From a virus (Duplodnaviria; Heunggongvirae; Uroviricota; Caudoviricetes), in IMG/VR virus record IMGVR_UViG_3300021963_000032: DNA of 64,000 nucleotides; one strand, 5' to 3'. Position 1 is the stretch's first letter. Each line of letters starts with the position of its first letter. Positions 48,834-57,955 of this stretch are shown here, in pieces. Both the position numbers and the translations under genes were made by a program. The notes under the pieces were generated by a model that worked only from the letters and a program-made list of their open reading frames with translations, was not told the DNA's origin and did no database searches.

Positions 48834-49688
48834 ATGAAAAAGTCAACACACTCCAAGATCAAGAACACTGCAATTCTATTTGAGTTGCTGACTAGGCAAG
48901 TTGCAGCAGACACGATCAAGGGTATCGATAAGTCACCAGCGTTAAAGCTGATTAGAGAGTATTTCAAATCAAACTCTGTAGTCGCTAGGGAATTGGTGTT
49001 ATACCAAACATTGGTGAATGAAAGATTCGCTAATCCAGAGAAAGCAGCGTACCTAGTTAACACTGTGGTAAAGCTGCGCAACAAGCTAGACGCAAAAACC
49101 TTAAAAGATACAAAGTACTCCTTAATTCGAGAGATTAAGAATCACTACGATTTAGGGGATTTCTTTAAAACAAACCTATCTGACTACAAACTCTACGCTT
49201 CTATTTATAGAGTGTTTGAAGGTGTAACTGTCTCAAGGGCAGCAGAGGTTGTTAATAGCCGATATACAATTATTGAGCATTTAACAAAAAAGAAATCAAA
49301 CCAACTCAACGAATCAGCTAACCCAGTAGGCGACTATCTTAAACAAGATGAGGAAGTAAGGTTATTAGCATACAAGTTGATGATTGATAAGTTTAACGAG
49401 AAGTACGCTAATCTATCAACTAGACAGAGAAGCATTCTTAAAGAGTATATCAACAATATCTCAAACACAGTGTCTTTGAAAGAATTTGCTACAAAAGAGG
49501 CAAAACTACTACAAACTCAATTGAAGAAGTTTCAACCTAAGGTAGCAGATAAGGTGACTAAAATCAAGTTAAACGAAGTAAGCAACATGCTTGACTCTTT
49601 TTCCAAAATGCGTAACATTAAGGAAGAACACATCTTGTCATTGTTACTTTATCATGAACTATTAAAAGAGCTGAAGAATGTCAATTAA
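48834..49688 (+). CDS. Head-morphogenesis-region helical protein
   Basis: KHSK-like start HSKIKNTAILFELLTRQ; between portal and protease. Confidence 0.6.
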   Translation: MKKSTHSKIKNTAILFELLTRQVAADTIKGIDKSPALKLIREYFKSNSVVARELVLYQTLVNERFANPEKAAYLVNTVVKLRNKLDAKTLKDTKYSLIREIKNHYDLGDFFKTNLSDYKLYASIYRVFEGVTVSRAAEVVNSRYTIIEHLTKKKSNQLNESANPVGDYLKQDEEVRLLAYKLMIDKFNEKYANLSTRQRSILKEYINNISNTVSLKEFATKEAKLLQTQLKKFQPKVADKVTKIKLNEVSNMLDSFSKMRNIKEEHILSLLLYHELLKELKNVN

Positions 49689-50421
49689 GAAAACACTGAC
49701 CGAAGAAGAAAAAAACGAAGTTCGTAGTTATATTAAAAAGCTACGAAAAGAGGGAAGTACCACAGCAGGTGTTCCTGGCTTCCTTACTGCAGCTGCTTGG
49801 TCTGGCGAAGAGGGTGGAGATGGTACTACAGCTATCGATGTTGAAGATGACCAATATGCATACTCAATCAAACCTAGTGAGAAAAAACCACACTTTGTTA
49901 AGCTAAACGAAGCAAACTATAAAAACTTTAAAGAGGATAGTTCATTAACTGAGGTTCAGAAAGTGAATAGAAAGGTACTTGAAGTGAACCGTATGTTGAG
50001 AGAGATATCTCAAGCGCTAGATCACAGCATGAAGCTGAAGCAAGAATCAGCGTTAGATAATTCTCGTTATTGGAAAAAGACAAACGAAGCTATTCTTAAA
50101 ATGAAAGCTAGAATTGCAGAAGTTAATAAGAAGGTGAGTCGATTGGCTAACCTAAAAGAACTAGCTGCAAACTCGGTAAAGGATAGATTAGTGCAGATTT
50201 TCAATAAAGCAGGAATCCAAATAACAGCTCAAGATGTGGATTACAACCAGATTGGAGCTGATTGGTATGAGTTTGATATCATGCTTAATGGGGAACCAAT
50301 TGCTATTGATTACAAAGCTGGTGAAATTATCTATCAAGATTACGATGAGGACATAAGACTTGGAAACCTTAACCAAGAACAACAGTTAGTGCAAAACATA
50401 TCCAAAGAAATAAAACCATGA
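49678..50421 (+). CDS. Putative prohead core/internal protein
   Basis: LTE, LRKE|GSTTAGVPGF and KLNE| sites; coiled coil. Confidence 0.55.
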   Translation: MSIKKTLTEEEKNEVRSYIKKLRKEGSTTAGVPGFLTAAAWSGEEGGDGTTAIDVEDDQYAYSIKPSEKKPHFVKLNEANYKNFKEDSSLTEVQKVNRKVLEVNRMLREISQALDHSMKLKQESALDNSRYWKKTNEAILKMKARIAEVNKKVSRLANLKELAANSVKDRLVQIFNKAGIQITAQDVDYNQIGADWYEFDIMLNGEPIAIDYKAGEIIYQDYDEDIRLGNLNQEQQLVQNISKEIKP

Positions 50422-51032
50422 AACAAGTACTAGTTGACTATATAGGATCAATAACCGTAACGCCAGAACAGATTACAGAGTCTATGGCAACCAACAACGG
50501 TAAGGTTATTGTTAGTGGTATCATGCAAAGAGGTAGTACTAGAGGTGATGAAAACTTTAACCAGAATGGAAGAAGTTATCCATTACCGATTTTAAAGCGT
50601 GAATGTGATAAGTACAAAAAAGTATTCATTGCAGAGCGTAGAGCATTGGGAGAGTTAGATCACCCAGAATCTTCTGTAGTGAATTTATCAAACGTATCCC
50701 ACAACGTATTAGACTTGTGGTGGAATGGCGCTGACTTGATGGGTAAGATAGAAATTCTAGGAACGCCATCAGGAAACATAGCAAAAGAACTTCTGAAGGC
50801 TGGAATCCGTTTAGGTATTTCATCTCGAGGTATGGGTTCAGTATCAAACCTAGGAGAAGGTAAGGTAGAAGTTCAAGATGATTTTGAAATCGTTTGTTGG
50901 GACTTAGTATCGAATCCATCTACACAAGGAGCCTTTATGTCACCATCACTTAATGAAGGTGTAAATAGAGGAACAGCAAACAAATATTCAAAAATCAATT
51001 CACTTATTGGTGATATAATTTCAGTAATGTAA
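50418..51032 (+). CDS. Prohead protease, gp21-like
   Basis: ALGELDHP, GISSRGMGS, WDLVSNPST. Confidence 0.95.
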   Translation: MKQVLVDYIGSITVTPEQITESMATNNGKVIVSGIMQRGSTRGDENFNQNGRSYPLPILKRECDKYKKVFIAERRALGELDHPESSVVNLSNVSHNVLDLWWNGADLMGKIEILGTPSGNIAKELLKAGIRLGISSRGMGSVSNLGEGKVEVQDDFEIVCWDLVSNPSTQGAFMSPSLNEGVNRGTANKYSKINSLIGDIISVM

Positions 51033-51033
51033 T

Positions 51034-51393
51034 ATGAAACTAAAACAAATTATAGAAAATCTTGACCAAAAGGTAGAGCGCAACGAAAAAGCTGCATTCT
51101 TACAAGAGGTATCCTTATTCAATGAATATGGAAAGATCATTTACCGTACTGATGGTATGCGTGAAGCAGCTGAAAAAATTAGTAAGATTGTTGAGAACGC
51201 TGAGCGTATTGCATTGCAGGAAACTGACGAATGGTTCGATGAAGTAACCGTTAAGCGTAATATGAAGTCTCTTCGCTCCAACAATGAGGCATTTAGAAAG
51301 ACTGTAGGTGAAGTTGCTAAATTGCAACAACGACTAGAAGCTCTTTACGAAGAAATGGGTAGTACTTTAGGTAGATACTACGAAATACACTAA
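51034..51393 (+). CDS. Hypothetical head-region protein
   Basis: MKLKQIIE N-terminus; helical. Confidence 0.6.
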   Translation: MKLKQIIENLDQKVERNEKAAFLQEVSLFNEYGKIIYRTDGMREAAEKISKIVENAERIALQETDEWFDEVTVKRNMKSLRSNNEAFRKTVGEVAKLQQRLEALYEEMGSTLGRYYEIH

Positions 51394-51395
51394 GC

Positions 51396-51803
51396 ATGAG
51401 CAAGCACCTTATAAACAAGCTGATCTCAGAAATTCTCAATGAATATGTCTTTGAGGCTGAAGAAAAGGCTCCGACTAATCCCTTTGCAGCACCAGGTGCA
51501 GATGCCGGCGGAGATGCAGCGGCTGCAGATGAAGCAGAACCAGCAGCAGACGGTGCTGACGCTAAAGACGAAAAAGACACAGAAAAGAAAGAAGGAGGAG
51601 GGGAGGATGCCTTATCTTTTAGCTTCGATATTGATGGAGTCAAGAGGTATAATAAAGCACACTTCATAAATTCTAAAGCTGTAGCTAAAAAGATTACTAA
51701 AGATGGAATTATTGCTACAGTAGAACCAGATGGGGTTAACATCCTAGTAGGTTTCGACGATATTACAGAAAGCGCTAAAAAATTCTTTAAAGTTAAAAAA
51801 TGA
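51396..51803 (+). CDS. Hypothetical head-region protein
   Basis: LISE/ILNE sites followed by an Ala/Asp/Glu linker. Confidence 0.6.
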   Translation: MSKHLINKLISEILNEYVFEAEEKAPTNPFAAPGADAGGDAAAADEAEPAADGADAKDEKDTEKKEGGGEDALSFSFDIDGVKRYNKAHFINSKAVAKKITKDGIIATVEPDGVNILVGFDDITESAKKFFKVKK

Positions 51804-52576
51804 AAAAAACACAAATCAGCATAACAGAGCTTACTCAGCAGATTCTTTTCAAAAAGAGAATCAAAATGATAATGGAAAACGCAGCAGGAATGGCATCTGG
51901 TATTCAGAGTCAGGTTGTTAATCTAGGAAAGGAGCTACAAGCTGCCGGAGAAGATGCAACAGACGAAGAAGTACAAGCTGCACTTCTAATGGCTGCCTTA
52001 AATGACCAAGGAAAATTAGACAATGTAGATGCTCAAGATGTTGATGCAGTTGCCGGTCAAATTAAAGAAGCTAGAGGCTACACTATCTCAGAGAGTGCAG
52101 GTGGATTGATCCATACCCTTGAGATGGTAGGAAACATACTAGGGAATACGGCATTGATGAATGTAATAGCAAAAGCAGTAGAAAAAGCCACTGGAAAGAA
52201 AGTAGATCCAAGTAAAATGGCAGCTGGGATTACTAAGATGGCAGGGTTCTTGAAAAAGTTAACCGGACTACCTGCAAAGGCAATGGAAAAGTTTTTCGGA
52301 TTCATTGCTGGAAAAATGGGTGGTGGAGATGTAGCTCAAAAGATAGCAGGATATGCAGGAACAATGATTGTTGTATTGGTGTTCTTTGCTTTGGGTACGA
52401 TGTTCTTCCCAGTATTAGGTGCATCACCTTTAATGATTGTATTATCCCTTACTGGATTAGTTGGAAAAGGATTTGAAATTGCAGCACTATGGAAGCACAT
52501 TAAAGAAGCAATCAAACAGTACAAAGACGAAAAAGGAAAAGGCTCAGAAGAGTTACCAGATCTAGCAGTAGCATAA
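51800..52576 (+). CDS. Head-region protein with a hydrophobic C-terminal hairpin
   Basis: IME|, IKE|, ISE| sites; MIVVLVFFALGTMFFPVLGASPLMIVLSLTGLVG. Confidence 0.6.
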   Translation: MKKTQISITELTQQILFKKRIKMIMENAAGMASGIQSQVVNLGKELQAAGEDATDEEVQAALLMAALNDQGKLDNVDAQDVDAVAGQIKEARGYTISESAGGLIHTLEMVGNILGNTALMNVIAKAVEKATGKKVDPSKMAAGITKMAGFLKKLTGLPAKAMEKFFGFIAGKMGGGDVAQKIAGYAGTMIVVLVFFALGTMFFPVLGASPLMIVLSLTGLVGKGFEIAALWKHIKEAIKQYKDEKGKGSEELPDLAVA

Positions 52577-52603
52577 CCTACAAATATACAAATTATTTTT
52601 AAC

Positions 52604-52635
52604 AAACCCACCCTAAAAAGTGGGTTTTGTGTTTT
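52604..52635 (+). terminator. Rho-independent terminator
   Basis: AAACCCAC-loop-GTGGGTTT followed by a T-rich tail. Confidence 0.7.
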
Positions 52636-52734
52636 ACTGTAATACTTATTTGTAAATACGCTATCCTTATTATAGTGTCCTATATTTGATATTAAATTGC
52701 TGGCTCCAATAGCCTCAGGACAAAAAAATCCAAA

Positions 52735-53763
52735 ATGAACAAATTATTAAAAGATGCAATTGCAGATGCTAAAGCTGTTAGAGAAACCGCGTTGGCTAAT
52801 GCTAAGTTTGCACTTGAAGAAGCATTTGCTCCGAAGATCCAATCTATGCTATCTCACAAAATCAAAGAAGAGATGGAAGAAGATGAAGTAGAGGAAGTAC
52901 CTGCAGAAGACAGTGCTGATGAAAAAATGGAATCAAGAATGCGAAGAAACGCTGGAATCTACGAAGAAGATGATATCTTTGGAGATGAGAGTGGAGAAGG
53001 CGCTGCTGATGATGCAGGTGAAGATCCAGAAGCGTTAGCTGAAGAAGGTGACGAAGAAGAAATGCCTGCTGAAGAAGAAATGCCAACTGAAGAAGAGATG
53101 CCTGCTGAAGAAGAAGGTGATATCTCAGACGAAGACCTAGAAGAATTGATCCGTGAGTTAGAAGGTGAAGATGAAGAAGCTCCAGCTGAAGACGAAGAGG
53201 AATCTCTTGAAGAAGGTGAAGATGAAGAGTATGAAGAAGCTCCTAAGTCAGAAGGCAAAAAGAAAAAAATGAAGATGATGGAAGAAGAAGGAGACGAAGA
53301 GTCAGGTGATGACGAAGAAGTTGACTTAGAAGAAATCATCCGTGCATTGCGTGAAGAAGATGAAGAAGGTGGTGAAGACACTGAACGTGCTGAAAAAGCA
53401 GAGGAAGAGTTGGAAGAAGCTTACAAAGTAATCAAATTCTTACGTAGCAAATTGAACGAAGTAAACCTATTGAACGCTAAATTACTTTATGTAAACAAGT
53501 TGATCAAAAAAGAAGGTCTTACTGAAGGTCAAAAAGTGAAAATCATCGAAACTTTCGATCGTGCTAAAAACGTTCGTGAAGCGAAATTGATCTACACAAC
53601 TCTTGCTGAATCAGTAGCTAAGAAAGCAATAGCAAAAGCTCCTGCAACTAAAACTAAAATGGTAGAAGGATTTGCTTCTAAAAGCCAAAAGCCAACTACT
53701 AAGATTCTAAGTGAGAACAAAATTTACAACCGTTTTACAGAATTAGTAAAATTTAATCGTTAA
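52735..53763 (+). CDS. Prohead scaffold/core protein, gp22-like
   Basis: Highly acidic middle; LNEVNLLNAKLLY...; immediately upstream of the capsid gene. Confidence 0.8.
   Translation: MNKLLKDAIADAKAVRETALANAKFALEEAFAPKIQSMLSHKIKEEMEEDEVEEVPAEDSADEKMESRMRRNAGIYEEDDIFGDESGEGAADDAGEDPEALAEEGDEEEMPAEEEMPTEEEMPAEEEGDISDEDLEELIRELEGEDEEAPAEDEEESLEEGEDEEYEEAPKSEGKKKKMKMMEEEGDEESGDDEEVDLEEIIRALREEDEEGGEDTERAEKAEEELEEAYKVIKFLRSKLNEVNLLNAKLLYVNKLIKKEGLTEGQKVKIIETFDRAKNVREAKLIYTTLAESVAKKAIAKAPATKTKMVEGFASKSQKPTTKILSENKIYNRFTELVKFNR
53053..53106 (+). repeat. 18-nt tandem repeat, three copies (EEEMP[AT])
   Basis: gaagaagaaatgcctgct / gaagaagaaatgccaact / gaagaagagatgcctgct. Confidence 0.85.
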
Positions 53764-53785
53764 TCAAATTTAAAAAACCAAGAAA

Positions 53786-55396
53786 ATGAACTTGTTTGAA
53801 AACATGCATAGTGAAAACAGAGGCGAAGCAACAAAGCCTTTGATTTCTAAGTGGTCTCGTACGGGATTACTTGAAGGTTTGGGATCTAAAAATGAGAAGT
53901 CTACTGTGGCTGTCCTTTTGGAAAACCAAGCAAAACAATTAGTAAAAGAGGGTTCTGGTACAACTGCAGGTGTAGGTGGATCAGGATTTGAGCAATGGAG
54001 TGGTGTAGCTCTTCCGTTAGTACGTCGTGTATTCGCTGAGATCGCTGCAAAAGAATTCGTTTCTGTACAGCCAATGAACTTGCCTTCAGGTCTAGTATTC
54101 TACTTAGACTTCAAATATGGTAACAACAAAAAACCATTCGGATTTGCTCCAACTGGATCAAACCAAACTGGTACTCTACAAGGTATCACAAATGCAGCTG
54201 GTAACCCAACTGACGGTCTTTACGGAGCAGGTCGTTTCGGATACTCTGTAAACAACGCATCATCTTCATTGTTAGCTGTAGTGACTGGTTCAGTTCAAGC
54301 AACTGACGTTAACTTTGATGGTAACTACACTGGATCATTAGCTCAATGGAGAACTTGGTCTATCTCAACATCTACATTAACTCGTTTTGATGAGTATGGT
54401 GTACGTTCATTTGTACCAGTTTCTGGTTCAACTAACCTAAGTGAAGGTCAGTACTTGCCAGCATTTACTCGTATCGCTGGAAGTAATATCGTATTCGTTG
54501 TAACTGCATCACTTGCAACAGCAGGTATTGGTACAGCTGCAACAGTAGCTAAAGTTATCTACTCTGTACAACCAATCAACGATAACAGAAATGACTTCGA
54601 ATCTAAAGATGTAACTGGTACAAACCGTTCACTTGATGCGGATTTACAAATTCCAGAAATTGAATTGCAAATGCGTTCAATTCCAGTAACTGCTAAGACT
54701 CGTAAGTTGAAAGCTGCATGGACGCCAGAGTTCGCGCAAGATCTTAACGCTTACCACTCAGTTGATGCTGAAGGTGAATTAACAGCTATGTTGTCTGAGT
54801 ACGTTTCTATGGAGATTGACTTAGAGATCATGGATATGTTGATTTCAGCAGCTGCAACGACAGAGTACTGGTCTGCAAAAGTTGGTCAAGAGTGGAATGG
54901 TTCTGCATTCGCTGCTGGACAGTTCACTGGAACTGCTTACATCCAAGGAACTTGGTTTGCTACTTTAGGTACTAAACTACAAAAAGTGTCTAACCAAATT
55001 CACGCGAAAACATTACGTGGTGGTGCAAACTTCCTAGTATGTTCTCCAGACGTTTCTACAATCCTAGAATCAATCCCAGGATATGCAGCAGACGGAGATG
55101 GAACAAAATCTAAGTATGCAATGGGTGTACAAAAAGTAGGTGCTATGACTAGCCGTTACCAAGTGTACAAAAATCCATACATGCAAGAGAATACAGTATT
55201 GATGGGATTCAGAGGTAACCAATTCTTGGAAACAGGAGCTGTTTACGCACCATACATTCCATTAATGTTGACTCCACTTGTATACGATCCGAATAACTTT
55301 ATCCCAAGACGTGGTGTAATGACACGTTACGCTAAAGTTGTAACTCGTCCAGAGTTCTACGGTAAAGTATACGTAGCTGATTTGAACAACTATTAA
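53786..55396 (+). CDS. Major capsid protein, gp23-like
   Basis: PLVRRVF, VQPMNLPSGLVFYL, TRKLKAAWTPEFAQDLNAYH, YAPYIPL, MTRYA. Confidence 0.96.
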   Translation: MNLFENMHSENRGEATKPLISKWSRTGLLEGLGSKNEKSTVAVLLENQAKQLVKEGSGTTAGVGGSGFEQWSGVALPLVRRVFAEIAAKEFVSVQPMNLPSGLVFYLDFKYGNNKKPFGFAPTGSNQTGTLQGITNAAGNPTDGLYGAGRFGYSVNNASSSLLAVVTGSVQATDVNFDGNYTGSLAQWRTWSISTSTLTRFDEYGVRSFVPVSGSTNLSEGQYLPAFTRIAGSNIVFVVTASLATAGIGTAATVAKVIYSVQPINDNRNDFESKDVTGTNRSLDADLQIPEIELQMRSIPVTAKTRKLKAAWTPEFAQDLNAYHSVDAEGELTAMLSEYVSMEIDLEIMDMLISAAATTEYWSAKVGQEWNGSAFAAGQFTGTAYIQGTWFATLGTKLQKVSNQIHAKTLRGGANFLVCSPDVSTILESIPGYAADGDGTKSKYAMGVQKVGAMTSRYQVYKNPYMQENTVLMGFRGNQFLETGAVYAPYIPLMLTPLVYDPNNFIPRRGVMTRYAKVVTRPEFYGKVYVADLNNY

Positions 55397-55418
55397 TAGT
55401 AATTCAAATATAACCTTG

Positions 55419-55448
55419 AACCCCTCCTTGTGAGGGGTTTTTTGTTTT
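55419..55448 (+). terminator. Rho-independent terminator after the capsid gene
   Basis: AACCCCTC-CTTGT-GAGGGGTT followed by a T-run. Confidence 0.85.
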
Positions 55449-55454
55449 CCATGC

Positions 55455-55462
55455 TATTTATA
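55455..55462 (+). promoter_or_regulatory. Putative late promoter TATTTATA
   Basis: 21 nt before the phoH ATG. Confidence 0.6.
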
Positions 55463-55483
55463 TAAAACGAAAGTTATTAGTTT

Positions 55484-56176
55484 ATGGAAGGACAACAGAA
55501 TCCGCAAAAGAAGATTAGCAATCTCGATAAGAGAAAGCCGAAGAATCCGATCAAGTTTAAGATTGAGCTAAACGAGGAGCAGAAAGCAGCGAAAGCTATT
55601 ATCTACGACAATCCAGTAATCCTTCTAAAAGGAATGGCAGGTTCTGGTAAGACCCTAGTTGCATGTCAGGTAGCCCTTGATATGTTTTTCAAAAGAGAAG
55701 TCGAGAAGATTGTGATAACAAGACCAACAGTCGCTAAAGAGGAGATAGGATTTCTTCCAGGTGATATGAAGGAAAAGATGGATCCATGGTTAGCACCCAT
55801 CTACGCCAATTTGTATATGCTATACAATAAGGAGGCGATAGATAAGATGGTAGCTGAGAACACAATCGAGATTGTTCCATTTGCATTTATGCGAGGAAGA
55901 ACATTCCCACACACAATAGTGTTAGTAGATGAGTGTCAAAATATTACACACACTCAGACCGAAATGATGCTAGGTCGATTAGGTAAAGGAGGAAAGATGA
56001 TTTTCTGTGGAGACCTTGCACAGATTGACTTAAAAAACAAAAAGGACTCGGGAATCAGCTTCTTTCTGCGCTTAGAGGAGCATGTACCAGGAGTTAGAAT
56101 TTTATCACTAAAAACTAACCACAGACATGAGATTGTAGAAAACATCCTATCTGTGTATTCAGATTATCGAGATTAG
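55484..56176 (+). CDS. phoH: PhoH-family ATPase
   Basis: GMAGSGKT, GFLPGD, RGRTF, VDECQN, GDLAQIDL, HRH. Confidence 0.95.
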   Translation: MEGQQNPQKKISNLDKRKPKNPIKFKIELNEEQKAAKAIIYDNPVILLKGMAGSGKTLVACQVALDMFFKREVEKIVITRPTVAKEEIGFLPGDMKEKMDPWLAPIYANLYMLYNKEAIDKMVAENTIEIVPFAFMRGRTFPHTIVLVDECQNITHTQTEMMLGRLGKGGKMIFCGDLAQIDLKNKKDSGISFFLRLEEHVPGVRILSLKTNHRHEIVENILSVYSDYRD

Positions 56177-56198
56177 AAGTTTAAACATATTATTTGAG

Positions 56199-56226
56199 AA
56201 AGGACCCTAGCGGTCCTTTTTTGTTT
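56199..56226 (+). terminator. Rho-independent terminator
   Basis: AAAGGACC-CTAGC-GGTCCTTT followed by a T-run. Confidence 0.85.
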
Positions 56227-56247
56227 GCGAAAAGCTTTTTTCGTTGA

Positions 56248-56255
56248 TATTTATA
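56248..56255 (+). promoter_or_regulatory. Putative late promoter TATTTATA
   Basis: 15 nt before ATG 56271. Confidence 0.65.
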
Positions 56256-56270
56256 GTAAAATCTAGATAC

Positions 56271-57446
56271 ATGAATATACCAATTTGGCCAGGCTCAAGT
56301 TCTTTCGCAAGTGCATCTGCTTCGTATTACGGTGGTACCAGTGCGACGAGACCAACACCATTTGGCTATTACGATAGTGACGTTACTTTCAAAACAGAAG
56401 CCAACAAGGTTGCTGATTGGTGTGCTCGTAAGCTAGGATATCCAATAATGGAAGTTGAGTTGCAAGACATTAACTTTTTTGCAGCATTTGAAGAGTCAGT
56501 AACTGAGTTCAGTACTCAAGTTAACATGAATAACGCTAAGGATTATATGCTTACGTTGCAAGGCACTCCTACAACAAACCAGCTATCTCAAAGAGTTATT
56601 ACACCTAATATGGGTAGAACAATTAGCATGGCTAAGCAGTACGGTAGTGAGGCCGGATCTGGTGGAGATGTATCTTATAAAAAAGGCTACATTCAACTAA
56701 CCGGATCAGTGAGTGAGTATGACCTAAACGCTTTATGGGCTAATGTATATGAGTCAGGAAGTGCTATTGAGATTAAGAGAGTGTATCACGACTTTACACC
56801 TGCAATTGTAAGATACTTTGACCCTTATGTGGGAACGGGAGCAGGAACGCAACAGATGTTGGATAGCTTTGGATGGGGTTCTTACTCACCAGCGGTATCG
56901 TTCATGGTAATGCCTTTGTATGCAGATTTACTTCGTATGCAAGCTATCGAACTAAATGATACGATTAGAAAGTCAACATATAGTTTTGAGTTGAGAAACA
57001 ATAAACTAAAACTATTCCCAACACCAACATATGGAGTTAATATGTGGTTTGAGTATATTGTAGTAGCGGATAGAAATAATCCACTAAAAACTCCTTCAGG
57101 ATCGATAAGCGATTTAAGCAACGTACCTTATAGTAGAATACAATTCACAAACATCAAAGATATAGGATTGCAGTGGATATACAAGTATACCCTTGCAACA
57201 GCTAAAGAGATGCTAGGATTGATTAGAGGTAAATACTCTACAGTTCCAATCCCGGGATCTGAGATGACATTAAATGGGGCAGACCTAATTGCACAAGGAC
57301 GTGAAGATAAAACTGCACTAATATTGGAGTTGAATACATTACTAACATCGATGACACGACAAGGTCAGATGGAACAAGAAACAGCAATTGCAACAGCACT
57401 TTCAACACAGTTATCGAAAGTACCACTATACATATACATTAAGTAA
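56271..57446 (+). CDS. Neck protein, gp13-like
   Basis: RKLGYPIMEVEL, WIYKYTLATAKEMLGLIRGKY, PIPG..LNG. Start reassigned to ATG 56271. Confidence 0.85.
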   Translation: MNIPIWPGSSSFASASASYYGGTSATRPTPFGYYDSDVTFKTEANKVADWCARKLGYPIMEVELQDINFFAAFEESVTEFSTQVNMNNAKDYMLTLQGTPTTNQLSQRVITPNMGRTISMAKQYGSEAGSGGDVSYKKGYIQLTGSVSEYDLNALWANVYESGSAIEIKRVYHDFTPAIVRYFDPYVGTGAGTQQMLDSFGWGSYSPAVSFMVMPLYADLLRMQAIELNDTIRKSTYSFELRNNKLKLFPTPTYGVNMWFEYIVVADRNNPLKTPSGSISDLSNVPYSRIQFTNIKDIGLQWIYKYTLATAKEMLGLIRGKYSTVPIPGSEMTLNGADLIAQGREDKTALILELNTLLTSMTRQGQMEQETAIATALSTQLSKVPLYIYIK

Positions 57447-57955
57447 TGGCATTATTTGGAAGTAGTAGAGATATCAGCTTTATACACAAAGTGAATGGTG
57501 AGTTGCTAGACAATATAATTCAGCAGGAAGTTCACTATTACAAATTATACTTACCAGGTGTAAAAAGTAAGGATGTGAATAATCTTTATGGAGAAGCTTC
57601 TGCACAAAAGACTTATTTTAGACCAGTTCGGTTAACTTGTATAATTGACAGAACTCAAGGAGTTCAAACAGTACAAGACGATCAGTTTGGTATAGACGCT
57701 ACTTCTGGTTTCAATTTTAAGTTTTTAAGATTAAAGTTAGAGGAGCTAAACTTGGTACCACAAGTAGGTGATATTATTGAAGATCGTGGAATGTACTATG
57801 AAGTAGATAACACAAACGAGGTTCAGTTTATTGCAGGTAAGGATAACGAGCACTCCAAAGGAGTTGGACCAGAGTTCGGTAAGAGTTTAACTGTCGAGTG
57901 TGTAGCTCACCTATCAAGAGTATCAAGACTTCAGATAGAAAAAATTAGAATATAA
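57446..57955 (+). CDS. Neck/head-completion protein, gp14-like
   Basis: NLYGEA...PQVGDII...YYEV; follows gp13. Confidence 0.7.
   Translation: MALFGSSRDISFIHKVNGELLDNIIQQEVHYYKLYLPGVKSKDVNNLYGEASAQKTYFRPVRLTCIIDRTQGVQTVQDDQFGIDATSGFNFKFLRLKLEELNLVPQVGDIIEDRGMYYEVDNTNEVQFIAGKDNEHSKGVGPEFGKSLTVECVAHLSRVSRLQIEKIRI

Noticed and set aside
3899-49209. Intragenic TATTTATA copies (3899, 16791, 49202) as promoters
   Set aside because: They lie inside coding sequence far from start codons and could be chance matches in AT-rich DNA; not listed as features.
28542-55396. Inteins, introns or homing endonucleases in primase, terminase, portal or capsid
   Set aside because: Lengths are ordinary, motifs are contiguous, and no intein or LAGLIDADG/HNH/GIY-YIG signatures were seen.
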